DNA of 64,000 nt from Candidatus Aenigmatarchaeota archaeon (lineage in GTDB: Archaea; Aenigmatarchaeota; Aenigmatarchaeia; QMZP01). Positions 28,133 to 37,085 of this stretch are shown here, piece by piece. Under the pieces are notes generated by a model that saw only the letters and a program-made list of their open reading frames with translations, searched no databases and had not been told where the DNA came from. The stretch lies in contig JAPLVB010000048.1 of assembly GCA_026397335.1 (NCBI GenBank), positions 136 through 64,135 on the forward strand, read 5' to 3'. A program made the position numbers and the translations under genes. Within the stretch, counting starts at the first letter, position 1; the number at the start of each line of letters is the position of its first letter.

Positions 28133-28729
28133 ATGGATATGTACTTCGACATAGAGGTCGCTTACACAGACCCTAAATATTTGGAACTTATGAAGCTTGG
28201 GAGGAAGACCCCTGACCCGCACCCTAGCAACTGCAAGATAATCACGATACAATACCAGCTGCTCAAGGATGACGGGACGCCTAAAGGCCCCTTGAGAATA
28301 TTCAGGGAGTGGGATTCTTCTGAGGAGCAGATTATCAGGAAGATTGCGACCATGATACATCCCCAGAGGAAATGGGAGTTCATACCAGTGGGCCACAACA
28401 TCTATTTTGACCTTGGGATGCTTAGGGAGAGGGCCTCCCTTTACGGGATAAACTACCCTGCCTGGTTTATCTACAATGACCTGCCGAGCATAGACATCAA
28501 GCACATATGCGTGGGAATGAACGCATTCAAGCTCAAGGATTCGGGGCTGGACAAGTTCTCAGGAAAGGAGACAAGCGGATTGAACGTGCCTGTATGGTAT
28601 CAAGAGAAAGAGTATGGCAAGATAATAGATTACATAGAGAAAGAGGCGAAAGAGTTTATAGAATTCTACAGGAAACTGAAGGAGACGCTTCCTCTATTTC
28701 GCCAGCAGCATGGATTTTGTAAGGATTGA
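28133..28729 (+). CDS. Predicted 3-prime-5-prime exonuclease with the DEDD/RNase-H-like fold
   Basis: YFDIEV (Exo I DxE), IPVGHNIYFDLGML (Exo II) and YGKIIDY (Exo III Y-x3-D). Confidence 0.5.
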   Translation: MDMYFDIEVAYTDPKYLELMKLGRKTPDPHPSNCKIITIQYQLLKDDGTPKGPLRIFREWDSSEEQIIRKIATMIHPQRKWEFIPVGHNIYFDLGMLRERASLYGINYPAWFIYNDLPSIDIKHICVGMNAFKLKDSGLDKFSGKETSGLNVPVWYQEKEYGKIIDYIEKEAKEFIEFYRKLKETLPLFRQQHGFCKD

Positions 28730-29162
28730 CATGCCCCAGATATTTGTCTATTTCTTTGCTTGTTTTATCCATCTTGGCTTTTAGTATGTTCATAACATCT
28801 TTTGTTTCTTTGGGAGAAAACCCAGCTTCTGTAGCATCGGAAATATTCCTTTCTATGAATAAAATATCGCTTGCAGCTTTCCAAAAACGTCTTTTTTCTA
28901 GGTCTTCCTGTGCACACTCCAATTGTTCTTTGTAAAAGCCCTTCTTGTCGCAATATGCTTTAATAGAGTCAAGCATCCCAAGACCTAACAGCTTTCTATA
29001 AAATTCAGACGACTCGTCTTTGTCAGGATGGCATACATATTTTACAAACCTGCTTGTAAGACCAAGGGCTCCATATTCACCTGAAAGTATAGAGTTTAGA
29101 ATTTCCTTTGCAATAACCCCTTCAAAGAAGGTATTGTAAAATTGGGAATCCAATCCTTCCAT
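28656..29162 (-). CDS. Hypothetical protein (start set at MEGLDSQ to avoid overlapping the upstream gene)
   Basis: ORF only; its 3-prime end overlaps the exonuclease gene antisense by about 74 nt. Confidence 0.3.
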   Translation of the reverse strand: MEGLDSQFYNTFFEGVIAKEILNSILSGEYGALGLTSRFVKYVCHPDKDESSEFYRKLLGLGMLDSIKAYCDKKGFYKEQLECAQEDLEKRRFWKAASDILFIERNISDATEAGFSPKETKDVMNILKAKMDKTSKEIDKYLGHVNPYKIHAAGEIEEASPSVSCRIL

Positions 29163-29167
29163 AATAC

Positions 29168-29554
29168 TCACTTTCTTTCGTATATTTCCAGTTCGTGCGG
29201 TCTTGTTTGCTTGGCGCCCAAAATAGTATTCATTGCCCTCAACCCGTTCAATCTCTCTGTCAATTGCCTGCATACATAGGCGGCTCCGTCAGCTGTTTCT
29301 TCCTCATCGTTTGGGAGCGTTACAGGGCCTTGAATACTCGTTTTGCTATGAGAATCGAGTTCAAATATCATGACATAATCAGTGTCAGTGCCGTGGGGAA
29401 CCTCACTTTCAACTATCAAGGTCCCCTTGATATACAATTCTAATTTCGGTCTGTACATTCTTTCAAGATTGGTTAATTCCACTGTCTGCTCAAAGCATTC
29501 GTCCCTGAAATCCTTCTTAATTTTAGGAACCCTATTCTTTATCATATTTACCAC
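29168..29554 (-). CDS. Hypothetical protein
   Basis: ORF only. Confidence 0.35.
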   Translation of the reverse strand: MVNMIKNRVPKIKKDFRDECFEQTVELTNLERMYRPKLELYIKGTLIVESEVPHGTDTDYVMIFELDSHSKTSIQGPVTLPNDEEETADGAAYVCRQLTERLNGLRAMNTILGAKQTRPHELEIYERK

Positions 29555-29902
29555 TTATTGATGGTTACTTTATTCCTTTATAAAGCTTTCTCCAAGGGAA
29601 TCCTCACTTCCCTCTTTTGCCTTGGGTAAATCCTTATTAAAATGCTTACCATTGGGGGCAGCTTTTTGCCGTTCCTATAGACAAATCCCTCAAAATCGCT
29701 ATCTATCACCTCTATTTTGTCTCAAGAGAAGCTTCCCTTCCACTAAGGGGTCAAATTTCAGGGAACCCTCACTCTAGTGTCTAAAAGTCATTTTATAAAA
29801 TATATTATATAAAGAATATTTATAAAAATATAATATAAAATAGATATTTTTGAATAGTATATATTTTATAGATATAATTAAAAATGGTTAAAATAAAATA
29901 TA

Positions 29903-30478
29903 TTATTTAAAATCTATATTTCTGAAGGCTTTCTCTACATACATGCTGTTTTTTCTAATCTGGAAAGACTGATGAAATCCGAAAAATGAGTCCCATGATA
30001 CCGATTTAGTTACAGTGAAAAATCTATAATTCTCTCCTTCCGGTTGGATAATCCACAAAGAAGTTTTCGGGCTTTCAAGATAGTCGATGGCTTTCCTTAT
30101 AGCGCATGGACCGCATTCCAAGGTTATTGTTTCTTCTCCCTTCTTTGCAAGAACATCTGGTATGCCTCCCATAAAACCGCATTCTATTGACGCTATTCTA
30201 TATCCCAAGTCTTTAAGCAATCTGATGCCGAATGCCTTCATCTCCTTCTGAGGACCCCGGATTCCTCCTATCTTTACAGGAGTCTTTTTGAGCGTTTTCT
30301 TTCTGATGAAGATCGCTTTGTTGTCCAGAAAACCAGCAACTATAACCGCATATTCGCTACTTGTATATCTGATATTGCCTTGTGTGAAAATATCATTTAT
30401 CCTATCAATTGTTTCGAATTTTGTCTTGTAGGTCTTTATGAGGGAGACATATCTCTCCGCTTCAGTTGTCATGCACAA
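29903..30478 (-). CDS. Hypothetical protein with a weak PD-(D/E)xK-like motif
   Basis: GGIPDVLAKKGEETITLECG resembles a restriction-endonuclease-fold PD...ExK with the Lys replaced; speculative. Confidence 0.3.
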   Translation of the reverse strand: MCMTTEAERYVSLIKTYKTKFETIDRINDIFTQGNIRYTSSEYAVIVAGFLDNKAIFIRKKTLKKTPVKIGGIRGPQKEMKAFGIRLLKDLGYRIASIECGFMGGIPDVLAKKGEETITLECGPCAIRKAIDYLESPKTSLWIIQPEGENYRFFTVTKSVSWDSFFGFHQSFQIRKNSMYVEKAFRNIDFK

Positions 30479-30485
30479 ACCTCTT

Positions 30486-31064
30486 TCAGAACAAATCGCC
30501 CATTATCTTCTCATAGCTTTTCTGCACGGAATCCATGCTAGGCGTTCCATAAACGTCTATGGTTGTCTTTATGGAAGAATGTCCGAGTATCTTTTGGACC
30601 TCCTCCATCCTCATCCCTTTCTCCAGCATCATCCTGGCGAAGGAGTGCCTGAAAAGATGAGGATTGATGCATTTCTTGGCAGGGTTTGGGTGATTTACCC
30701 CAGCTCTTTGGCCGCATTTTGCCACTATTTCATTGATTTGCTTAAGGGAAATGGTGCTCTGCTTGTTGCTTATTATGAGCTTGCCGGATGACCTGTCCCC
30801 TAGATAGAACTTAATATCCTGAAGGGTATCGGAATCTACAGGCACAGTCCTGCTTTTGTCTCCTTTGCCGCTCCTTATGTATATCCTTTTCTTTCCGAAA
30901 TCGACATCCTTTATGGTGAGATCCCGGAGCTCGAACCTTCTCATTCCTGTCCTGGCAAGTATCTTTATTATAACCCTATCCCTGAGGGAAGAAGCACACA
31001 AGATAATTTTCCCTATGTCTTCCTTTGCCAAATAATAGAAAGACTCCTTTGCAGCTTCTGACAT
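30486..31064 (-). CDS. Tyrosine recombinase/integrase, short catalytic-domain-only form of about 192 aa
   Basis: ARTGMRRFEL (box I Arg), KGDKSRTVP (Lys), HLFRHSFA (H-x-x-R) and LGHSSIKTTIDVYG (His...Tyr nucleophile). No N-terminal core-binding domain. Confidence 0.8.
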   Translation of the reverse strand: MSEAAKESFYYLAKEDIGKIILCASSLRDRVIIKILARTGMRRFELRDLTIKDVDFGKKRIYIRSGKGDKSRTVPVDSDTLQDIKFYLGDRSSGKLIISNKQSTISLKQINEIVAKCGQRAGVNHPNPAKKCINPHLFRHSFARMMLEKGMRMEEVQKILGHSSIKTTIDVYGTPSMDSVQKSYEKIMGDLF

Positions 31065-31259
31065 GTATTAAATTACGTTACACTTATTTATAAAGGTTAC
31101 GTTTTAGTTACACTTTATAAATTAATGTTACATATAAAGTTACAAAATATACATTCTGTAACGTTTTCTATAGAGAACATCTTTTGGAAGGTACTCAATA
31201 ATCAGGAGGCTAGCTTCCTAAGCTAAACTACCCCAGAAAACGCGATTTGCTCTTGGAAC

Positions 31260-31631
31260 CTAAGCGGCGACTTTCTTCTCTTCCTTTCCGGGCTTTGGCT
31301 GCTTCTTCTTATCTTCCTTTGCTGCGTTCTCCTCTATCTGGGAGAACTTCTTTATCATTGCCTCCACATTATGCGCTATGTCCCAGCCGTCATCCGTGAG
31401 TATGACCTTCTTTATGCGGCCCTGCTTATCGAATTTAACTATGCCCAGGTTCCTGAAAGCGTTTAGGATCTTTATTGTGTGCGAATACGTACAATCAGAT
31501 TCCTTGGCCAGAATAGTCGCATAAACGGGCTTATCCTTGCCGGTTTTCAGGCCCATGAGAATCCTTGCCGGCTTCTCCCTAAGAAACAAATCCTCTAACA
31601 TCCGGTTTTGTGGCATAGTTCTCATCTTCAA
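31260..31631 (-). CDS. Winged-helix DNA-binding protein with a lysine-rich C-terminus
   Basis: wHTH-like segment YATILAKESDCTYSHTIKILNAFRNLGIVKF. Confidence 0.45.
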   Translation of the reverse strand: MKMRTMPQNRMLEDLFLREKPARILMGLKTGKDKPVYATILAKESDCTYSHTIKILNAFRNLGIVKFDKQGRIKKVILTDDGWDIAHNVEAMIKKFSQIEENAAKEDKKKQPKPGKEEKKVAA

Positions 31632-31945
31632 TTTTCACAATAATTTTATGTATTTGTATTATATAAATGTTTCGTTTCTTATTTCATATAATATAGTTTA
31701 TAAAGTATTCTTTATTTATAATATAATAAAATAGATATTATATAAAATAGTTATTTAATTAGAATTATTAAAATATAGTTATTTTAATATATATTATTAA
31801 GTAGTATATTTTTAATCCTCACGGCCAAAGTGAGAGTTCCTTCCAAGAATGGCCCAATAAGGTGAGAGAGATGTTTCACGAGAGAATAGGGTCAATACAT
31901 ATCGGTTTATATAATAATCTCCCTAAGGGCGTAGATTCTAGGATA

Positions 31946-32977
31946 TCAGCCCTTCCACTCCAGCAGAATGGCTGCGAGTAGCAGGACGAATCCCAGGATT
32001 ATTGAGAGGATAAAACTGATTTCAGTGGCAGCAGGGTTCAGGATCATGTCTGTGGCACTATATGCTACCAGGGTTATTGCGAATCCGAACAGAGGGATGG
32101 CAGCTATCTTCCTGGAGCGCTTCTTCTTCACGTTCACGTTTCTGCCTATCCACGGTATCGTGCCCGCGAGGAAGAACAGATATACAGAGTGGGATATGAA
32201 CTCGGCCGCGACATTGATTATGCCTAGGTTCAGGGCTTCTATGGCATGGGAATAACCCCTGTAAGCGGCAAATATAGCCATAGCAATTCCAACCACATAT
32301 CCGAAGAATGCGAATCTTCTGTGATTGAAGGAGTCCTCGAATTCCCTCATCATTCTGAGAACATATGTGTCAAGCTTGAATCCCCTTATGAAAAGATAAA
32401 CACCCACAACCCCGAGAATGAGCCTCCATCCCTCAAAACCGAATATAGCATAGATGATAAGAACGACAGCAGGAATGCCGAAGAGCAGGCGCGAGACCTT
32501 GGGATATTCCAGTGTCTCATGCACGAAGTCCTTTACCTTGAAATAGACGGACTGGAGCTGGTCAGCCTGCCTCACCACGACCCTTTTCACGGAAAGTATG
32601 GGGACCCTGGACTGGATTACAGGCATAACACGCTCATCCTCGCTGCCGTCTGTAACAAGCACAGCAAAATTGGCCTCAAACCTGGAAAGAACGCTCTTCA
32701 GCTGCTCCCCTATTATGCGGTCTGACTTTATCCCAACATCCCTGTCTCCTGTAATAATCGCGATTTCCACGTTATACTGCTTTCTCATTTCGTCATACAC
32801 CTTCACTGTCTGGAAAATCCCGTTGAAGTCAGAGGATTCAGGGTCTTTAAGACCCATATCTATGCCTGTCTTCAGGACGCTATCCCTCCCGATAATGGGG
32901 CCTTTGACTGATATTTTCTGGCCTATGTCATTGTCCCTGTCCACGTTCAAAACCAGAATCTTGTCTGTGGATTTCAT
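31946..32977 (-). CDS. DUF373-like archaeal membrane protein (soluble N-domain plus about 6 C-terminal TM)
   Basis: Architecture and N-terminal ILVLNVDRDNDIG-type segment; family assignment is from memory. Confidence 0.45.
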   Translation of the reverse strand: MKSTDKILVLNVDRDNDIGQKISVKGPIIGRDSVLKTGIDMGLKDPESSDFNGIFQTVKVYDEMRKQYNVEIAIITGDRDVGIKSDRIIGEQLKSVLSRFEANFAVLVTDGSEDERVMPVIQSRVPILSVKRVVVRQADQLQSVYFKVKDFVHETLEYPKVSRLLFGIPAVVLIIYAIFGFEGWRLILGVVGVYLFIRGFKLDTYVLRMMREFEDSFNHRRFAFFGYVVGIAMAIFAAYRGYSHAIEALNLGIINVAAEFISHSVYLFFLAGTIPWIGRNVNVKKKRSRKIAAIPLFGFAITLVAYSATDMILNPAATEISFILSIILGFVLLLAAILLEWKG

Positions 32978-33013
32978 GCTTAGAATATGGGGTTGGGGTA
33001 TAAAAAGGTGAAA

Positions 33014-33499
33014 TTACACATCATCTAAAGAATTCCGCTTTAAAATTTGCTTTACCCTTTCGCTATCAATTTCCTTGAAAGACGGATTACCTAGTGTAAT
33101 TTTTTTTAATTGCCCATTTTCCAATTTTGCATATTTACACTGGATAACTACAGGAATAAATCCTATAACATTGGGATAAGATTTCGTGTGACTAGCAATG
33201 TCCTGAAACTCTTCCAAGAAAGTTATAAAATTATCTTCTTGCCCTGCATAAATAATATTAAGTAGACAGAGGCTATCAGAACTGTCTTTACCCGGATTTG
33301 GTTTTTCAAAGCATTCTACTTGTTCTGGATTGAGAACTTTTACGCGTGGTTTAGTAGCAAAGTAATCAAGCCAAGTATCAATCATATACTCAGGAGTATA
33401 CAAATTCATTTTGTACATTAACTCTTTATGCGCATCGCTTCCAAAAAGGGTTGAATAGGGACATTTACCCTTTTTTCCAAAGTAATTATTCTTACCCAC
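33014..33499 (-). CDS. Hypothetical protein
   Basis: ORF only. Confidence 0.4.
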   Translation of the reverse strand: MGKNNYFGKKGKCPYSTLFGSDAHKELMYKMNLYTPEYMIDTWLDYFATKPRVKVLNPEQVECFEKPNPGKDSSDSLCLLNIIYAGQEDNFITFLEEFQDIASHTKSYPNVIGFIPVVIQCKYAKLENGQLKKITLGNPSFKEIDSERVKQILKRNSLDDV

Positions 33500-33600
33500 A
33501 ATTTCGCCCCTATTAATTATATATTAACAGTTAACCTTTATATTTTTCGTCAACTGCCAAAATCTGTTAAGAAATTGACGTTAAAGTATTTAAACCTTTA

Positions 33601-33616
33601 CCCACTGTTTAGTGGG
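33601..33616. terminator. Hairpin CCCACT-GTTT-AGTGGG next to an A5/T5 run just past the 3-prime end of the tRNA
   Basis: Perfect 6-bp inverted repeat. On the tRNA strand the order is tRNA, TTTTT, then hairpin. Confidence 0.3.
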
Positions 33617-33621
33617 AAAAA

Positions 33622-33770
33622 TGGGGCCATCGAGATTTGAACTCGAGTCTAGAGCTGATTTGCGAAAGAAGTCGGAATTGCGTTAGAAGGTGCTCATGCG
33701 CCTTCATTCTCACGTTCCGACTTCAAACGTCCCGAAGCTCTGATGCTAGACCAAACTACACCATGGCCCC
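33622..33770 (-). tRNA. tRNA-Pro(CGG) with a 74-nt intron at the canonical 37/38 position. Exons are 33731-33770 and 33622-33656; the intron is 33657-33730. CCA is not encoded.
   Basis: Hand-folded. Acceptor GGGGCCA/TGGCCCC (7 bp) with discriminator A. T-arm TCGAG-TTCAAAT-CTCGA. Anticodon stem AGAGC/GCTCT with loop TTCGGGA (U33, anticodon CGG, G37). The D-arm is imperfect (GUGU/GCAU with wobbles). The 5-prime half resembles archaeal tRNA-Pro (GGGGCC.TGG.GTAG..TGGTCTA). Confidence 0.65.
33669..33724. repeat. Nested repeat copy R12 forming the tRNA-Pro intron: outer GAAGTCGGA/TCCGACTTC enclosing GAAGGTGC-TCAT-GCGCCTTC
   Basis: Seen directly; flanked by cgaaa and aaacg. Confidence 0.8.
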
Positions 33771-33781
33771 GATTCACGAAA

Positions 33782-33803
33782 GAAGGTGTCTCTTGACACC
33801 TTC
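33782..33803. repeat. Repeat copy R13: GAAGGTGTC-TCTT-GACACCTTC (same loop as R1; one compensatory C-G to T-A change)
   Basis: Seen directly; 11 nt upstream of the tRNA 5-prime end and preceded by cgaaa. Confidence 0.8.
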
Positions 33804-33818
33804 ATTTTAAGGTTCGAA

Positions 33819-33836
33819 GGTATCGCTTGCGATACC
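33819..33836. promoter_or_regulatory. Perfect palindrome GGTATCGC-TT-GCGATACC in the divergent spacer between the tRNA and the aminotransferase gene
   Basis: Seen directly; function unknown (candidate operator). Confidence 0.2.
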
Positions 33837-33889
33837 CCTGACTATCCCTTAAAGGATTGTTAATATAGAGAAGGGAACAATATTAATAC

Positions 33890-35188
33890 ATGGCTAAAAA
33901 GCCCCTGAAATCCGAGTCAATTCTGAAAAGGGATTCAAGGGTTATTTCTCCTTCTTACACCCGGAGCTACCCGCTTGTGATAGAGAGGGGAAAGGGGATT
34001 TACATATGGGATGTGGACGGGAAACGTTATCTTGACTTTACATCAGGGATTGCGGTCGCGAACGTGGGCCATTCGAATCCCGAGGTCGTGAAGGCGATTC
34101 GCTCGCAGACAGAGAAAATCCTGCACAATGCAGGGACGGATTTCTATAACGAACCGGCTGTTGCACTTGCGGAAAAGCTATGCGAAATAACCCCGGGAAG
34201 CTTTTCCAAGAAGGTCTTTTTCGCGAACTCGGGGACAGAGACAGTGGAGTGCGCGTTCAAGCTCGCGCGCTGGTATACGAAAAAACCCCGCATGATATCG
34301 TTCCTGGGGGCCTTCCACGGCAGGACTTTCGGGAGCATGACCCTTTCCTCCTCAAAGCTCACACACAGGGACCATTTCAGCCCGCTTGTTCCAGGGGTGG
34401 ATTACGCTCCTTTCCCCTACTGCTACAGATGCCCGCTCGGGAAGAAAGAGAAATGTGAGAAGGAATTCTCCTGCCTGAGTTACCTTGGAACGCAAATCCT
34501 CAAGAAGGTTGTCCCGCAGGATGAGCTTGCAGGAATTATAGTGGAGCCCATACAAGGAGAAGGTGGATACATAGTTCCACCGGACGGCTTCCACAAAGAG
34601 CTCCAGAAGCTCTGCAGGGAAGAAGGTTGCCTTTACATCATGGATGAGGTGCAGACAGGATTCGCAAGGACCGGGAAGATGTTCGCCTCCCATGTTTTTG
34701 GCGTGGAACCGGACATAATCTGCGTTTCAAAAGCGATAGCAGACGGGCTTCCCTTGGGAGCATGTGTGGCTAAAAGCGAGATAATGTCCTGGCCAAGGGG
34801 AGCGCATGCCAACACTTTTGGTGGTAATCCCCTTGCGTGTGTGGCAGGCCTCACTGTTATCGACTACATCCAGAGGGAAAAACTCTATGCCAAGGCGGAG
34901 AAACTTGGGGAATTCGGAAAGAAATACCTTAAGGACCTCATGCAGGAGCACAAGATAATAGGGGACGTCCGAGGGAAAGGGCTCATGCTTGCCGCGGAGC
35001 TTGTCAAGGACAGGAAGACTAAGAAACCTGCTTTTCAGGAAGTGGAGAAGATTGTGAACACGTGCTTCAAGAACGGGCTGCTCCTGCTCACTTGCGGCTA
35101 CTCCACAGTCCGGTTCATCCCACCCCTGATTATTGAGAGAGACGAGTTCGAGCGTGGGCTGGAGATTTTCGCGGATACCCTAAAATAA
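33890..35188 (+). CDS. Class-III PLP-dependent aminotransferase (acetylornithine/4-aminobutyrate aminotransferase family)
   Basis: Full-length fit to the family: SGIAVANVGHSNPEV, GTETVECAFKLAR, DEVQTGFARTG, and a SK region around the Lys. Confidence 0.85.
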   Translation: MAKKPLKSESILKRDSRVISPSYTRSYPLVIERGKGIYIWDVDGKRYLDFTSGIAVANVGHSNPEVVKAIRSQTEKILHNAGTDFYNEPAVALAEKLCEITPGSFSKKVFFANSGTETVECAFKLARWYTKKPRMISFLGAFHGRTFGSMTLSSSKLTHRDHFSPLVPGVDYAPFPYCYRCPLGKKEKCEKEFSCLSYLGTQILKKVVPQDELAGIIVEPIQGEGGYIVPPDGFHKELQKLCREEGCLYIMDEVQTGFARTGKMFASHVFGVEPDIICVSKAIADGLPLGACVAKSEIMSWPRGAHANTFGGNPLACVAGLTVIDYIQREKLYAKAEKLGEFGKKYLKDLMQEHKIIGDVRGKGLMLAAELVKDRKTKKPAFQEVEKIVNTCFKNGLLLLTCGYSTVRFIPPLIIERDEFERGLEIFADTLK

Positions 35189-35650
35189 TCAGAGCAGAAG
35201 CTTTTTCATTCCCTCGGAAAGCTTCACCATGTTTATCTTTTTCTGCCGCTCTTTTGTGATTATGCCTTTGTTTTTCAGAGAGTGCAAAATCCGAAAGACC
35301 TTGACTTTTGGAAGGCCGGTCTGCCTGACAATCTCCGCCTGCGAGACCTCTCCCTTGTTTTCCAGAATTACTTTCATTACAATTGACTCATTCCTCTCAA
35401 AGAACGCAAGAAGCTGTTTTTTGTCCACAGGAGGCTTCTCAAATTTTGGAGAAAGGAGGTAATAAGCCAGAACCCCAATAAACAGGCCCATGGAACCTAT
35501 GAGCGGAACGAACAGATAGAGAGGAATGGCGCAGCCGCAGGCATTCCCGCTCGAGACCTGCATCTGGACGTAAAGCGAGCTCAGGGCAACCGCCAGGATA
35601 AATATTGTAAGCACAAGCATGCCTGTCAGGAATTTTTTCTGGGGGTTCAT
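35189..35650 (-). CDS. Membrane-anchored winged-helix transcriptional regulator
   Basis: Two N-terminal TM segments followed by a MarR/ArsR-like HTH (EIVRQTGLPKVKVFRILHSLKNKGII). Confidence 0.45.
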   Translation of the reverse strand: MNPQKKFLTGMLVLTIFILAVALSSLYVQMQVSSGNACGCAIPLYLFVPLIGSMGLFIGVLAYYLLSPKFEKPPVDKKQLLAFFERNESIVMKVILENKGEVSQAEIVRQTGLPKVKVFRILHSLKNKGIITKERQKKINMVKLSEGMKKLLL

Positions 35651-35686
35651 ACGAAGAATTTGCTTTTAGGATTTATAAAATCCAAA

Positions 35687-37009
35687 TCAGTGAACATACC
35701 CCTTCTTCCCCTTTATATAGTCCTTTGAGATTCCAGAGCCATACTCATTCCCTGTTTCCCCATAGTTTTTGAATTCTGTCTCAGGCTTTCTTTCTTCTAC
35801 CCTTTCTTCGCCTCCCGAGGGCCACGTTACCTCGAAAATATTTTTTGACATTTCGGGTTCTATGTTCAGCCGGGACTGGTAGCTCAGGCCTGTGGGGAAT
35901 TTCCACAGGAGCTTTCCTTCTGTTGTTACAGCATAAAAATTGCAGTCCCATGAGCCGAAATAGATAATATTGCCTGAAATGACCGGTATGGACACAACAA
36001 TCCCGTTTGTTGCGAACTTCCAGAGCATTTTCCCCGTTGCAATATCAACAGCATAAATGTTGTTTTCCTCGCTTCCAAAATAGGCCGCATTGTTGAAAAC
36101 GATGGGTGTGGACGCTATATATTTTGTTGAAAATTTCCACAAGATTTCTCCTGTCGGTATTTTAACTGCATAAAGATTGTTATCTCTCGAAGGGACAAAA
36201 AGTACGTTTTTGTGCAATACAATGGAATTGCTGATGCAGTCTTCTGTCCTGAATCTGAACACAAGCTGCCCGGATGTGTTTACGCCGTACACATTGTTGT
36301 CCATGCTCCCGAAGTATATGACATTGTCAAGAGGAATGGAATTATACCGTATGCTATTTTTTGTTGGGAATTTCCATAAAAACCTGCCTTCCAAGGTCAA
36401 TGCATAGAAATTGAAGTCCTCGGAACCTATATACAGGACATCCTTGTAAACCATCGGATAGGCGCATACAGGGCCGGCTGTCTTGAACTTCCACTTCAGC
36501 CTTCCGTTAAGTCTAAGACAGTATACATTTCCATCTTTTGCACCGAAATATATGGAATCCCTATATACGCATGGCTTTGACAATATTTTATCACCCACGC
36601 TGAATTTCCACAGGAGATTCCCTGTGTTTATATCCAATGCGTATAAGTTCCCGTCAAATGAGCCAAAATAAACCACGTTTTCTGCCAGCATGGGATGGGA
36701 GCATACGCCGAATGTATTGAATTTCCATACAAGGCTACCATCTTTTGATATTGCGTAGAAATTATTGTCGCACGCGTTGAAATAAATCGTGTTGTTATGT
36801 ATGATGGCTTCGCTCCAAATGCTTCCTCCTGTTTCTATATCCCACTCCGCGTTAATCCTGCGTCTTTTCATTTCCATTACGGCGTATTCTATCTGGATAT
36901 TCTCGAATTCTGGACTAAGAGTAAAGCTGGAGCTGGCCCGCATAGAATACTCTCTACCAGAAAGGTACTTTTCCATATGTAGTATTTTTATTGAAAGCTT
37001 TATTAACAA
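35687..37009 (-). CDS. PQQ-like beta-propeller repeat protein, paralog of the gene at 19169-20461
   Basis: Same repeat signature (YFGS.D.NLYA...G.LLWKF). Confidence 0.75.
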   Translation of the reverse strand: MLIKLSIKILHMEKYLSGREYSMRASSSFTLSPEFENIQIEYAVMEMKRRRINAEWDIETGGSIWSEAIIHNNTIYFNACDNNFYAISKDGSLVWKFNTFGVCSHPMLAENVVYFGSFDGNLYALDINTGNLLWKFSVGDKILSKPCVYRDSIYFGAKDGNVYCLRLNGRLKWKFKTAGPVCAYPMVYKDVLYIGSEDFNFYALTLEGRFLWKFPTKNSIRYNSIPLDNVIYFGSMDNNVYGVNTSGQLVFRFRTEDCISNSIVLHKNVLFVPSRDNNLYAVKIPTGEILWKFSTKYIASTPIVFNNAAYFGSEENNIYAVDIATGKMLWKFATNGIVVSIPVISGNIIYFGSWDCNFYAVTTEGKLLWKFPTGLSYQSRLNIEPEMSKNIFEVTWPSGGEERVEERKPETEFKNYGETGNEYGSGISKDYIKGKKGYVH

Positions 37010-37085
37010 AGGCCTTTAAGGCGATTGCTATCAGTTTCACAAACTGAAACCAACCTTTATATATAGTTTCAGCAAGTGCTTTGTT

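Larger units (their letters stand above)
29748..31961. mobile_element. Candidate integrated element of about 2.2 kb (integrase, wHTH protein and one unknown gene) bounded by two AT-rich segments of over 80% AT
   Basis: AT-rich blocks at 29780-29900 and 31640-31800 share aatagatatt and agta(g)tatatttt motifs. The 10-nt string cccttccact occurs at 29738-29747 and again at 31952-31961 inside the 3-prime end of the DUF373-like gene. Confidence 0.35.
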
